Source: Promethearchaeota archaeon (GTDB taxonomy: Archaea > Asgardarchaeota > Lokiarchaeia > Sigyniarchaeales > SOKP01). Taken from it: 64,000 nucleotides of DNA. Position numbers and translations under genes: made by a program. Every line of letters begins with the position of its first letter. The stretch's first letter is position 1. Where the stretch lies: contig JBHLLT010000014.1 of the NCBI GenBank assembly GCA_048938855.1, positions 1 through 64,000 on the forward strand, in the 5' to 3' direction. Below are positions 1 to 9,716 of this stretch, piece by piece. A model generated the notes under the pieces. That model was not told where the DNA came from, ran no database searches, and saw only the letters and a list, made by a program, of their open reading frames with translations.

Positions 1-18
1 AAATAGGTTATTATAAAA

Positions 19-1227
19 ATGTCTTTTAAAAAAGCTTACATACCATATGGTCAATATTGGAGTACTCCTTTTTCAAGATGGCAAATGAGTTTCCAGAATC
101 TCCATGCCATTAAGTTCGCAGCAGATATAACCAAAGGTTTTTTAAATGAGAGAAATATTCCTCCTAATGAATTTGATCAACTGGTCTTTGGTTTAACAAT
201 TCCGCAACTTAACTGTTTTTATGGGGGACCATGGTTAGCTAGCATGATTGGAATTGAATCAACTACGGGGCCAATGATAAGTCAAGCTTGCGCTACTGGA
301 ACTAATTCTGTTTCAATCGCAGCACAGCATATAGAAACTGGTATTAATAAGAATGTTCTTGTTGTGTGTGCAGATAGATGTTCTAACGGACCTCATCTCG
401 TATATCCTAATTCTCAAGCTCCTGGAAGTACATTAGATTCAGAAAATTGGGTGTGGGACAATTTTGGATATGACCCTTATGCAAAAAATGCAATGATTGA
501 AACTGGTGAGAATGTAGCAAAAGAAGTGGGTATTACTAAAGAAGAACAAGATGAAGTGACATTATTCCGTTATAATCAATATCAAGACTCATTAAAAAAT
601 GACCGTATATTCCAAAAGAAGTATATGATAGGGCCAATAGAAGTAAAAGATCGCTCTGGTAGAAAAGTTTTAGCTACAGTAGAAGGAGATGAAGGAATTT
701 ATCCTACTAGTGCAGAAGGTCTCTCCAAACTTAGACCCGTACTTCCAGAAGGTACGATAACATATGGAACTCAAACTCATCCTGCAGATGGAAATTGTGG
801 GATTATTGTAACTACAAAGGAAAAAGCAGATAAATTAAGGATGAGAGAAGATGTTGAAGTTAAAATTGTATCATATGGAGATCATAAAACCAAGAAAGGA
901 TATATGGCAATGGCTATTGTTCCAGCTGCTAAGAAAGCTTTAGAAATTGCTGGCATTTCCATCGCAGATATATCTATAATCAAAACCCATAATCCATTTG
1001 CAGTTAATGATATATATTTCTCTAGGGAGATGGATGTTAATTGGAAGAATATGAATAACTATGGTAGTTCATTAATATTTGGTCACCCTCAAGCACCTAC
1101 GATGTTAAGAATTATTATCGAATTAATCGAGGAGTTGGTAGAGAAGGGTGGAGGTTATGGATTAGCAGATGGTTGCGCTGCTGGCGATACAGGTGCTGCT
1201 TTAGTTTTGGAAGTCAAAGTAGGTTAA
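19..1227 (+). CDS. Thiolase family protein (acetyl-CoA C-acyltransferase), HNPF variant
   Basis: Catalytic QACATG, GHP and CAAG motifs; KTHNPFA in place of NEAF. Confidence 0.9.
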   Translation: MSFKKAYIPYGQYWSTPFSRWQMSFQNLHAIKFAADITKGFLNERNIPPNEFDQLVFGLTIPQLNCFYGGPWLASMIGIESTTGPMISQACATGTNSVSIAAQHIETGINKNVLVVCADRCSNGPHLVYPNSQAPGSTLDSENWVWDNFGYDPYAKNAMIETGENVAKEVGITKEEQDEVTLFRYNQYQDSLKNDRIFQKKYMIGPIEVKDRSGRKVLATVEGDEGIYPTSAEGLSKLRPVLPEGTITYGTQTHPADGNCGIIVTTKEKADKLRMREDVEVKIVSYGDHKTKKGYMAMAIVPAAKKALEIAGISIADISIIKTHNPFAVNDIYFSREMDVNWKNMNNYGSSLIFGHPQAPTMLRIIIELIEELVEKGGGYGLADGCAAGDTGAALVLEVKVG

Positions 1228-1285
1228 TTATTTTTCTTTAATTTAATTTTTTATTATTATATAACTTGGATATAAGGTTTCTCGA

Positions 1286-2512
1286 ATGCTAAGAAAGAAA
1301 ATAGAAGCTTCAAAGGAATTAAACCAGCTAATGTCTGATTATTATCATGAATTAGATCGAGCTTCCAAAAATGATGATGAAAAGATTGCTTGGTGTTCCA
1401 GCGTTGGTCCTGCAGAAATTTTGAGAAGCCTAGATTTTAAAGTATATTTCCCTGAGAATCATAGTGCGATGCTAGGTTCCTCTAGAATGGCTACAGAGTT
1501 AATTCCATATGCTAATGCAATAGGTTATTCCCCTGAGATTTGTTCCTATCTCACCGCTGATATAGGAGCGTATTTAAAAAATATAACTCCCTTATCAAAA
1601 GTTTATCCCGACATTAAAAGTATTCCTAAACCCGATGTGCTCGTATTTAATACAAATCAGTGTCGAGAAGTGCAAGACTGGTTTGCTTGGTACGCGAATG
1701 AATTCAAAGTTCCATTATTTGGTATTTCTACACCTAGAACAGTTGGGGAAGTTACAGATTCACATATAGCATTTATAGCAGAACAAATGGAAGGCTTGAT
1801 TGAGGATTTGGAGAAGGTTTCAAAAACTAAATATAATCTTAATAAACTAAAAGAAGTATTGTCACTCTCGCGTAAATGTTCGGAACTATGGAAAAGAGTT
1901 TTGGATACCGCCGCAAATGTACCCTCTCCTTTTACCTTTTTTGATGGTACAATACATATGGGCCCTGCTGTCGTTTTGAGAGGAACTCAACAAGCTATTG
2001 ATTATTATACCATTCTTTTATCTGAATTAGACGAAAGAATCACTAATGGCATAGCTGCTGTTGAAGATGAGCGATATAGACTATACTGGGAGGGAATGCC
2101 TATTTGGGGGAGACTAAGACATTATTCTGAATTATTCGCGAGTCTAAAAGTATGTGTTGTAGCTTCGACATATTGTAATAGTTGGATTTTTTCTGCTTTT
2201 GACGAAAAGGATCCATTTCGAAGCATGGCTAAAGCTTATTTAGAATTATTTATTGTCCGTTCAGATGAATATAAAGAAAGGTATATTAAAAAAATGAATC
2301 AAGTTTTCAAAATTGATGGAATTATCTTTCATGATGCAAAAACGTGTCCTCACAATACAAATTCTCGCTATGGTATGCCCCAAAGAATAGAAACAGATTT
2401 AGGAGTTCCTAACCTAGTTATTAACGGAGATTTAAATGATACAAGATGTCTCTCAGATGAACAATCGAGAGTTGCGATTGAAGCATTCATTGAGCAGCTA
2501 GAAGAGAGTTAA
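1286..2512 (+). CDS. 2-hydroxyacyl-CoA dehydratase / benzoyl-CoA reductase-type subunit (HgdA/B, FldB/C family)
   Basis: FPENH, ICSY, NQC and DGIIFH..KTC motifs; C-terminal IEAFIEQL. Confidence 0.9.
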   Translation: MLRKKIEASKELNQLMSDYYHELDRASKNDDEKIAWCSSVGPAEILRSLDFKVYFPENHSAMLGSSRMATELIPYANAIGYSPEICSYLTADIGAYLKNITPLSKVYPDIKSIPKPDVLVFNTNQCREVQDWFAWYANEFKVPLFGISTPRTVGEVTDSHIAFIAEQMEGLIEDLEKVSKTKYNLNKLKEVLSLSRKCSELWKRVLDTAANVPSPFTFFDGTIHMGPAVVLRGTQQAIDYYTILLSELDERITNGIAAVEDERYRLYWEGMPIWGRLRHYSELFASLKVCVVASTYCNSWIFSAFDEKDPFRSMAKAYLELFIVRSDEYKERYIKKMNQVFKIDGIIFHDAKTCPHNTNSRYGMPQRIETDLGVPNLVINGDLNDTRCLSDEQSRVAIEAFIEQLEES

Positions 2513-2583
2513 TTTTGGTATAATTTTTAAAGAATTGAAAATAAGAATTTTTGGGTATCTATTATAAATGAGAGTCCTTAAAA

Positions 2584-3054
2584 ATGGTTGACAAGATAAA
2601 AGCTATAGATATAAAAAATTATATTGGCAAAGAATTTAAAACTAAATGGATCCAGGTTACCCAAGAAGCTATAGACAAATTTGCCGACCTCACGAAAGAC
2701 CATCAATTTATCCATGTTAATCCTGAAATGGCTAAAAGATCGATTTATGGACAGACTGTTGCTCATGGTTTTTATGTTTTATCAATGCTAGGGTTTTTTA
2801 CTTTGCAAGATGGAGAAAGAGATTCTATGCAATTCTATGTAACTGATGCAAAAGGGATAATTAATTATGGTTTTGATAATATTAGGTTTATCTCTGCTGT
2901 TCCCGTTGGAGCATTTATTCGAGATGTGACCTATATTTCAAAAGTAGAATTAGTTCAGAGAGGATTGAAATTCATTTCTCATCACACTATCGAAATTAAA
3001 AATCAGGAGCGTCCTGCTCTTGTTTGCGACTGGATTAATTTATTAATTTTATAG
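2584..3054 (+). CDS. MaoC-family (R)-enoyl-CoA hydratase/dehydratase
   Basis: FADLTKDHQFIHVNP..AHG hot-dog motif; INYGFDNIRF. Confidence 0.92.
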   Translation: MVDKIKAIDIKNYIGKEFKTKWIQVTQEAIDKFADLTKDHQFIHVNPEMAKRSIYGQTVAHGFYVLSMLGFFTLQDGERDSMQFYVTDAKGIINYGFDNIRFISAVPVGAFIRDVTYISKVELVQRGLKFISHHTIEIKNQERPALVCDWINLLIL

Positions 3055-3062
3055 TTGTGGGT

Positions 3063-3344
3063 TTATCCCCCGATTAAAGGAGGGGAAATTACTATTTGAT
3101 CTCCATCTTTTAATTTTGTATTTAATTCATTTAAGAATAAATAATTCCTCCCATTTACCAAAATTACAACATGAGTTTCTAATTTTCCTTTTGGGGTAAT
3201 AAAATTTTTACGTATTTTATTTCCATGCTCATTCATAAAGAGATCTATAACATCACCTAATATATCAACACCAGAATATTCAATCTGAGATAATCCGACA
3301 TCATTAGAAAAGATAGTCATTAACTTTAATGTGACATTTGCCAT
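3063..3344 (-). CDS. MoaD/ThiS/SAMP ubiquitin-like sulfur carrier
   Basis: ILVNGRN...LKDGDQIVISPPLIGG with C-terminal GG; ATG at 3344 preferred over TTG at 3362. Confidence 0.9.
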   Translation of the reverse strand: MANVTLKLMTIFSNDVGLSQIEYSGVDILGDVIDLFMNEHGNKIRKNFITPKGKLETHVVILVNGRNYLFLNELNTKLKDGDQIVISPPLIGG

Positions 3345-3474
3345 TAAATCTTTAATATTCAAGTGGTGTTAAAAATTTTATTCAATAAAATTATAAAGAT
3401 TAATCATAAGGTTAAAAATTATTATTTAATACTTTCAAATAAACAATTAATTCCTCTTAATTTCAGTGATGTGA

Positions 3475-5025
3475 ATGAATTCCAGAATTGAACTGATTAA
3501 AAAACTGAATCAAATTATACTAAAAGGACAAATATTAACAGAATTAGAGGATCTTTATGTATATTCTTTTGAACAAATATTTTTGGATCAAAAATATATA
3601 AAACCAGATATAGTTGTTCGAGTATCCTCTTTAGAGGAGGAAAATGAGCTAAAAAAATTAGTTGAAAAAGAAGATTTTATCTTAATTGAAAGAGGAAAAA
3701 ATGATAATCCAAGTCTTAACAAAACTTCAAAACCAGTGATTTTATTAGATAATGTAGAAATTCCTGAACTTGAGAGTTGCCTTGATGAGCCAAATCAGAA
3801 AGAAGATTTTATTACAAGTTTAAAAAAGTTCCCTATAAGTGGATATGGAACTTATAGAAATCTTGCTTTAGCAGTTGAAAATTTACTTGTAGGGAAGGTT
3901 TTGAATAAATGTCAAAAATGTACAACTTGCAGTGGATACTGTACTGTAAACCCCTTCTTTAATGGAGTTGAGACTTATTCTTCAAAAGGAAGAATGCTTG
4001 TTACAAAGGGTATAATGAATGGAGATTTAAGTTTTACTAATAAAGTTGTGGATATCTTATACAATTGTACTAAATGCGGCCTCTGTTTTGCCCAATGTTT
4101 TCAAGATTTAGAATTTCATGAAGCAATACTTCATTTAAGAAATATAATAGCTAAAAATAACTTAGTTCCAGAAATTTTTCACACAGCAGCTAAGAATATT
4201 TTTGAGCATGGAGACCCTAGTGCTATACCTGCTCATCGTCGAGTCTCAAGAGTAAAAAATTATGTTAAATTAAATTTGCCAGAAAAAGCAGAAACTCTTG
4301 GTTGGTTAGGGTGCACAGTAGCAACTCGAACTCCCAAAATTGCTGAGTCTTTTATCAATATTTTAAATCATGTTAACAATAATTACACGATGTTAGGAGA
4401 AGACGAGGGATGTTGTGGGTATGTGTTAATCTCATCAGGGCTATGGGATGAAGCGAAAAAAGTTGCTACTGATGTAATTAAAAAAATCGTAAATACTAAT
4501 GTAGAGACACTTATTACACCTTGTTCTGGGTGTTATTATACTTTTACAAGACTTTATCCTGAAGTTTTAGATGTGGAAATGCCGTGTGAAATACTTCATA
4601 CATCTCAATTCTTTGAGAACTTAATAAAGAATGGTATGGTCAAACTAAAACCATTAGATATGAGCGTTACATATCATGATCCTTGCTCGCTAGGAAGGCA
4701 CAGTAATGTTTATGATGCTCCACGAAATGTATTGAAAGCGATTCCTAAACTTGAACTTATTGAAATGCCAATGAATAGAGATTGTGCTAGATGTTGTGGA
4801 GGGGGTGGCGGATTATGGTCATATAATAATAATGCTAGTCTAGAATCAACAAAGACACGACTATTAAAAGATTTAAAACCTACAAATGTTAAAATTTTAA
4901 CAACTGCTTGCCCTCAATGTCAATTGAATTTTCGGTTTGCTTCACATACTTTTAAATTAGATAATGAATCATTAAAAATTTATGATATTACAGAATTATT
5001 AGAATTAGCTATAGATTTTAAATAA
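3475..5025 (+). CDS. Fe-S oxidoreductase (GlcF/HdrD-like, 2x4Fe-4S + CCG domains) with vestigial FAD-oxidase N-terminus
   Basis: Two CxxCxxCxxxC motifs; EGCCG, YHDPC, RCCGGGGG, TACPQC. Confidence 0.9.
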   Translation: MNSRIELIKKLNQIILKGQILTELEDLYVYSFEQIFLDQKYIKPDIVVRVSSLEEENELKKLVEKEDFILIERGKNDNPSLNKTSKPVILLDNVEIPELESCLDEPNQKEDFITSLKKFPISGYGTYRNLALAVENLLVGKVLNKCQKCTTCSGYCTVNPFFNGVETYSSKGRMLVTKGIMNGDLSFTNKVVDILYNCTKCGLCFAQCFQDLEFHEAILHLRNIIAKNNLVPEIFHTAAKNIFEHGDPSAIPAHRRVSRVKNYVKLNLPEKAETLGWLGCTVATRTPKIAESFINILNHVNNNYTMLGEDEGCCGYVLISSGLWDEAKKVATDVIKKIVNTNVETLITPCSGCYYTFTRLYPEVLDVEMPCEILHTSQFFENLIKNGMVKLKPLDMSVTYHDPCSLGRHSNVYDAPRNVLKAIPKLELIEMPMNRDCARCCGGGGGLWSYNNNASLESTKTRLLKDLKPTNVKILTTACPQCQLNFRFASHTFKLDNESLKIYDITELLELAIDFK

Positions 5026-5031
5026 TATAAA

Positions 5032-5187
5032 TTATTTTGCCAAACCTCGAACTTTTGGTTGGCCTGGCCAAGGCCAAGAAATTCTATATTTAATATTACA
5101 GTGAGGACAAGTTGCTTCTTTTGAATTCGGCTCAACTGGAAAGCGTTTGAGACAATTCATACATCTACATTTAGGAGATTCACTCAT
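5032..5187 (-). CDS. Unannotated 51-aa zinc-ribbon microprotein
   Basis: Manual translation: MSESPKCRCMNCLKRFPVEPNSKEATCPHCNIKYRISWPWPGQPKVRGLAK; CxxC-x14-CPxC; AAGGT upstream. Confidence 0.75.
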   Translation of the reverse strand: MSESPKCRCMNCLKRFPVEPNSKEATCPHCNIKYRISWPWPGQPKVRGLAK

Positions 5188-5517
5188 ATACTATTACCTT
5201 AATTATTTATAATGAGATATGCTATTATTGTTTGTTTTATAGATAATGCAATAATTTCTTGTTATTTATTTTATGGCTAAATCGGGTCTATTATATTTTT
5301 TTAATGCAATTTACTACTTATTAGTTTTCGTTGAAATATTTAAATCTAATGGATAATATAAATAAAAAGTAAATAATTTTTAATTTTGCAACTGAATACT
5401 AGTATTAAGATTAATTCTTAGTTTAATTCTGTAGCAAATGTGGGTACATTTTCCCATCGCATTGAAAAGCACAGTGATTCACTATACTACAACATTAGAA
5501 GATAAGGGTGTAAAATT

Positions 5518-7407
5518 ATAGTTTGGGATAAAAAAATTGCTTATGTAAATTTAACAACAGGGGAAATAACAAAAAAGCAAATCCCTAAATCAATTCGAGA
5601 GAAATATTTGGGTGGTAGAGGGATAAATATGTATCTTCTTTACAATCACCTTACATCTGGAATTGATCCTTTGAGCCCTGAAAATGTATTGCTTATTGGT
5701 GCGGGTTTATTAACGGGTATCCCTGCAATGGGAAGTGGAAGGTGCGATATTGCAGCAAAATCGCCTATTACTGGAGCTGTTGGTGATTCCAATGTTGGAG
5801 GATTTTTTGCTCCAGAAATGAGAATGGCCGGATTCGATCATTTGGTTATAACAGGAAAGGCTGAGAAACCTAGCTACCTATGGATACATGATGGAGATAT
5901 AGAAATACGGGATGCTAGTCAACTGTGGGGAAAAGATACATTTGAAACTCAAAACTTAATTAGGTTAGATCTTGGGGATGAAGAAATCAAATCCTTAGTA
6001 ATAGGTATTGCAGGAGAAAATCTTGTACGTTTTGCTAATGTAAGAACCGGTATGAAAAACTCTGCTGGGCGAACAGGCATGGGCTGCGTTATGGGTTCTA
6101 AAAATTTAAAGGCAATTGCAGCTCGTGGAACTATGGATATAAAATTTACTTACCCAGAGGAATTATTAAGTTATTGCAAAGAAATGATCGATCAGGTTAT
6201 GAAGAATCGGTATTCTAGAGCAGCATCAAAATGGGGTACTCTTATAATTTATAGTACTACAAATACTACGGGGTTAATTCGAACGAGAAACTTTCAATTA
6301 AATCAGTTAGAACAAGGTTGGAATATTGAACCTGAAGAGATGGATAAATACACTATTGGAATGTCAGGATGTTACGGATGCCCAGTAAGTTGTCGTCATC
6401 GTTATACAATGAAGGAAGGGTCTTTTGCTCCATTTTTCGCTGAAGGTCCAGAATACACTTCTTTAGGAGCTTTTGGTACAATGGTTGATTGTAAAAAAAT
6501 GGATACAGTTCTTATAGCAAACCATTTAGTCAATAAATATGGTTTAGATACATTAGAAACAGGGGGTCTTATCGCGTGGGCGATGGAATTATACGAAAAA
6601 GGAATAATTAACGATAAAACAACAAGCGGATTGAAACTTGAATGGGGGAATGAAGAAGTTCTTTTTGAGCTAATTCGAAAAATTGCTAACCGTGAAGATT
6701 TTGGAGATATATTGGCTGATGGATTCAATATTGCAATTCCTAAGATTGGAGAGGAATCTAGATATTATGCCATTGAAGTAAAAGGTATGAGCAATTTGCA
6801 TTCAGATGAACGCCCTACGCCTAGTCTAGCATTAGGAATTACTACATCAACAAGAGGCGCTGATCATTTGAGAGGACGTCCCGCTATTGATCTTTATGGA
6901 TTACCTGAGGATTTCTTAGAGGAGATATATGGTGGAAAAATGTCTTCTGATTACAGATCATATGAAGGGAAAAGTCGCATGGTATGGTGGCAAGAACTCT
7001 TGTATGCAGTTACAGACGCAATTGGTACATGCAAGTTTCAAACAGTTTTTTTGGCGGTTCATGCTCCTAAATGGGAGGAATTTTCAAAATTAATTTATTT
7101 AGTTTCAGGGATGAAGTTCTCCGTATCTGAATTAATGGATATTGGTGAACGGATTTACACACTTGAAAGGATGTTTAATAATAGAGAAGGATTTTCCAGA
7201 AAAGATGATATTTTACCGGAAAGATATTTTGAGGAACCTACTCCTATTGGATTACCTCGGGTGAAAGGATTAAAGATTGAAAGAGATAAATTTGAGAAAA
7301 TGCTTGATGAACATTATAACCTTCATGGATGGGATAAAAATGGTATTCCTACTGAAAAATCACTCAGCAAACTTGGAATCGATAAAGAACCAACACATAT
7401 TATTTAA
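5518..7407 (+). CDS. aor: Tungsten-containing aldehyde:ferredoxin oxidoreductase family, large subunit (probable ATA start at 5518)
   Basis: LGGRG, KSP.TG, GRTGMGCVMGSKNLKA, CxxCxxxC, EGPEY, RGADHL; the frame extends upstream of the called TTG at 5608 through WDKKIAYVNLTTGEI. Confidence 0.92.
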   Translation: MVWDKKIAYVNLTTGEITKKQIPKSIREKYLGGRGINMYLLYNHLTSGIDPLSPENVLLIGAGLLTGIPAMGSGRCDIAAKSPITGAVGDSNVGGFFAPEMRMAGFDHLVITGKAEKPSYLWIHDGDIEIRDASQLWGKDTFETQNLIRLDLGDEEIKSLVIGIAGENLVRFANVRTGMKNSAGRTGMGCVMGSKNLKAIAARGTMDIKFTYPEELLSYCKEMIDQVMKNRYSRAASKWGTLIIYSTTNTTGLIRTRNFQLNQLEQGWNIEPEEMDKYTIGMSGCYGCPVSCRHRYTMKEGSFAPFFAEGPEYTSLGAFGTMVDCKKMDTVLIANHLVNKYGLDTLETGGLIAWAMELYEKGIINDKTTSGLKLEWGNEEVLFELIRKIANREDFGDILADGFNIAIPKIGEESRYYAIEVKGMSNLHSDERPTPSLALGITTSTRGADHLRGRPAIDLYGLPEDFLEEIYGGKMSSDYRSYEGKSRMVWWQELLYAVTDAIGTCKFQTVFLAVHAPKWEEFSKLIYLVSGMKFSVSELMDIGERIYTLERMFNNREGFSRKDDILPERYFEEPTPIGLPRVKGLKIERDKFEKMLDEHYNLHGWDKNGIPTEKSLSKLGIDKEPTHII

Positions 7408-7423
7408 AATAGAGGGATAATAA

Positions 7424-7912
7424 ATGCAGAAAATTTTATTTGTTGATCCAGAAAAATGTACTGGATGTAGATTATGTGAAAATGCATGTTCTCTATTTCA
7501 TGAGAAGGTTAGTAATCCCTCCCGCGCTAGAATTCATGTTGTAAAATGGGAAAATGTTGGTTTATATGTCCCAATGATTTGTCAACACTGTGAAACTCCA
7601 ATATGTGAGACTGTATGTCCCATGGGAGCCGTAAGTAGAGATGAAAAGACAGGAGCAGTTCTTATCGATGAAGAACTATGTGTAGGATGTAAACTTTGTG
7701 TTACTTTTTGTCCACTTGGGGGAATAGGAATTGATAAGAATAGAAAGATTTTGAAGTGCGATCTGTGTGAAGGTGACCCTACATGTGTAAAATATTGTAT
7801 TCCTGGTGCTCTTCAATTTTTAGATGCAAATGCAATTAATATAAAAAAGAGAAGAATAGCCGCAGAAAAATTATCAGAATTAATGAAAAGGATATTAGAG
7901 GTCTCATTATGA
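7424..7912 (+). CDS. 4Fe-4S polyferredoxin small subunit of AOR (DmsB/CooF-like)
   Basis: Four Cys clusters (CTGCRLCENAC, CQHC..PIC..VCP, CVGCKLCVTFCP, CDLC..P.C..YC); adjacent to aor. Confidence 0.9.
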   Translation: MQKILFVDPEKCTGCRLCENACSLFHEKVSNPSRARIHVVKWENVGLYVPMICQHCETPICETVCPMGAVSRDEKTGAVLIDEELCVGCKLCVTFCPLGGIGIDKNRKILKCDLCEGDPTCVKYCIPGALQFLDANAINIKKRRIAAEKLSELMKRILEVSL

Positions 7913-8856
7913 TTGATGAGTTCAAGATTGGAATAATTGGTATTGGCCCAACGGGGGGGATATTGGCAGCTCATTTAGCTAAAGCGAGGCATAATATAAT
8001 TCTTGTAGATATTAATAAGAGTCATATGGATATGATAAAGAAGAAAGGACTGACATTAAAACATCTTAAAGAGTTCAATGTAAAATTTCCTAAAGAAAAC
8101 ATTTGTTATTCGATTGATGAACTAGAAAATAAAGAATTAAATACAATATTCATTGCTGTAAAAGCATCTCATCTTTATAAGGTTTTACCACAAATTAAAA
8201 ATTTTATGGGGACTAAAACAACCGTAATTAGTGCACAGAACGGCTTTGATACAGAAGATCTTATTGCAGAGTTTTTTGGAAAAGAAAATACAATCCGTCT
8301 TGTCATTAACTATGCTGGCAATATTTTAGAAGATGGAATAATACGAATGTCATTTTTTAATCCGCCAAATTATTTAGGTGTATTAACGCCTGAAGCTGAA
8401 GAAAAAGCTAAAAAATTAGCTGATCTCATAAATTCATCTGGTTTAGAGACCATTTTTACTCAAGATATCAAAAAGTATGAATGGACAAAATGTATACTGA
8501 ACGCAATAAGCCCTGTTTGTGTTACAACTCGTACAACTATGAAACAGACTATGGGTTTCAAAGACACAAGAAATATTTGTCGTGAAATTTTGCGTGAAGG
8601 AATAGAAGTAGCTCGAGCTCGTGGTCTTGATTTTGAACCAGATTTTTTAGATAAATGTATGAATTATTTAGATAAAGCTGGGCATCATAGAGTTTCAATG
8701 GAGGCAGATATAAATGCTGGAGTTCCTTCAGAAATAGGATTTCTTAATGGAAAAATTGTAGAATATGGTGAACTTGAAGGAATACCAACACCTTATAACA
8801 AAATTTTCGTTTCATTAATTAAGGGTTGTGAACTACCTCCAGTTGATCGTGATTAA
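7909..8856 (+). CDS. panE: Ketopantoate reductase / D-2-hydroxyacid dehydrogenase (ApbA/PanE family)
   Basis: GIGPTG, AVK, SAQNG, WTK..LN, SM..D, SEI.FLNG. Confidence 0.85.
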   Translation: MIDEFKIGIIGIGPTGGILAAHLAKARHNIILVDINKSHMDMIKKKGLTLKHLKEFNVKFPKENICYSIDELENKELNTIFIAVKASHLYKVLPQIKNFMGTKTTVISAQNGFDTEDLIAEFFGKENTIRLVINYAGNILEDGIIRMSFFNPPNYLGVLTPEAEEKAKKLADLINSSGLETIFTQDIKKYEWTKCILNAISPVCVTTRTTMKQTMGFKDTRNICREILREGIEVARARGLDFEPDFLDKCMNYLDKAGHHRVSMEADINAGVPSEIGFLNGKIVEYGELEGIPTPYNKIFVSLIKGCELPPVDRD

Positions 8857-8879
8857 TTAGCATTAATTAATACAAAACT

Positions 8880-9668
8880 ATGAGTAATGAAATTTATTTT
8901 GTTGGCATAGATGTAGGCACTTCATATGTAAAATCAGTGCTAATTAATGGCAAAAAAGAGATTTTAAGCTCATTTGTTAAACGTACTGGCACTTCTATAG
9001 GAGAATCTAGCAATTTAGCTTTACAACAAATTATTATTGATGCTTCAATACCTAAAAATGAAATAAAATCTATTTTAGCAACGGGATATGGAAAGAATAA
9101 GGTGTCATTTGCAGATAATACTAAGACTGAGATTAGTTGTCATGCAAAAGGGGCTTATTATTATTTTCCTAAAAAAATTACAGTTATTGATATTGGAGGA
9201 CAGGATACCAAAGTTATAAAACTTGACGATCAAGGAAGAATTATTAGATTTAAAATGAATAGGAAGTGTGCAGCTGGAACAGGGGCATTTATTGAGGAGA
9301 TAGCTTATCGTCTTGATATTCCCTTACAAGATTTAAATAACTTAGCAGCTAATTCTACATCAAACATTCCCCTTGCCAGTTTTTGTACTGTATTTGCAAA
9401 AACAGAAATCCTTACTCGTATAAAAGAGGGAGAAAAGGTCGAAGATTTAATTAGAAGTGCGTTTGGCTCTGTTATAAAGAGAATTATCGAAATGACTGAG
9501 ATTGAGGGAAGTGTAGTTTTAACTGGAGGAGTAATAGCTCATAATAGTATCATTGGTGAAATATTAAAAACAGAATTAAATGCTGATATTCTAATTCCAC
9601 CTTATCCACAGTTTATAGGAGCAATAGGAGCGGCTCTATTCAGTTTAGAAAATTTTAATTTTAAATGA
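8880..9668 (+). CDS. ATP-dependent acyl-CoA dehydratase activator (HgdC/FldI/BcrAD family)
   Basis: GIDVGT, ATGYG, EISCHAKG, DIGGQDTK, MNRKCAAGTG, FCTVFA. Confidence 0.93.
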   Translation: MSNEIYFVGIDVGTSYVKSVLINGKKEILSSFVKRTGTSIGESSNLALQQIIIDASIPKNEIKSILATGYGKNKVSFADNTKTEISCHAKGAYYYFPKKITVIDIGGQDTKVIKLDDQGRIIRFKMNRKCAAGTGAFIEEIAYRLDIPLQDLNNLAANSTSNIPLASFCTVFAKTEILTRIKEGEKVEDLIRSAFGSVIKRIIEMTEIEGSVVLTGGVIAHNSIIGEILKTELNADILIPPYPQFIGAIGAALFSLENFNFK

Positions 9669-9716
9669 GAACTTTCATTTCCAAAAAAAAGAAATAATAA
9701 AATAGTTTTAATATCT

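Noticed and set aside
5518-7912. AOR as class II benzoyl-CoA reductase (BamB)
   Set aside because: Motifs are generic AOR-family and no BamDE, dienoyl-CoA hydratase or ring hydrolase genes are present; not supportable without a phylogeny
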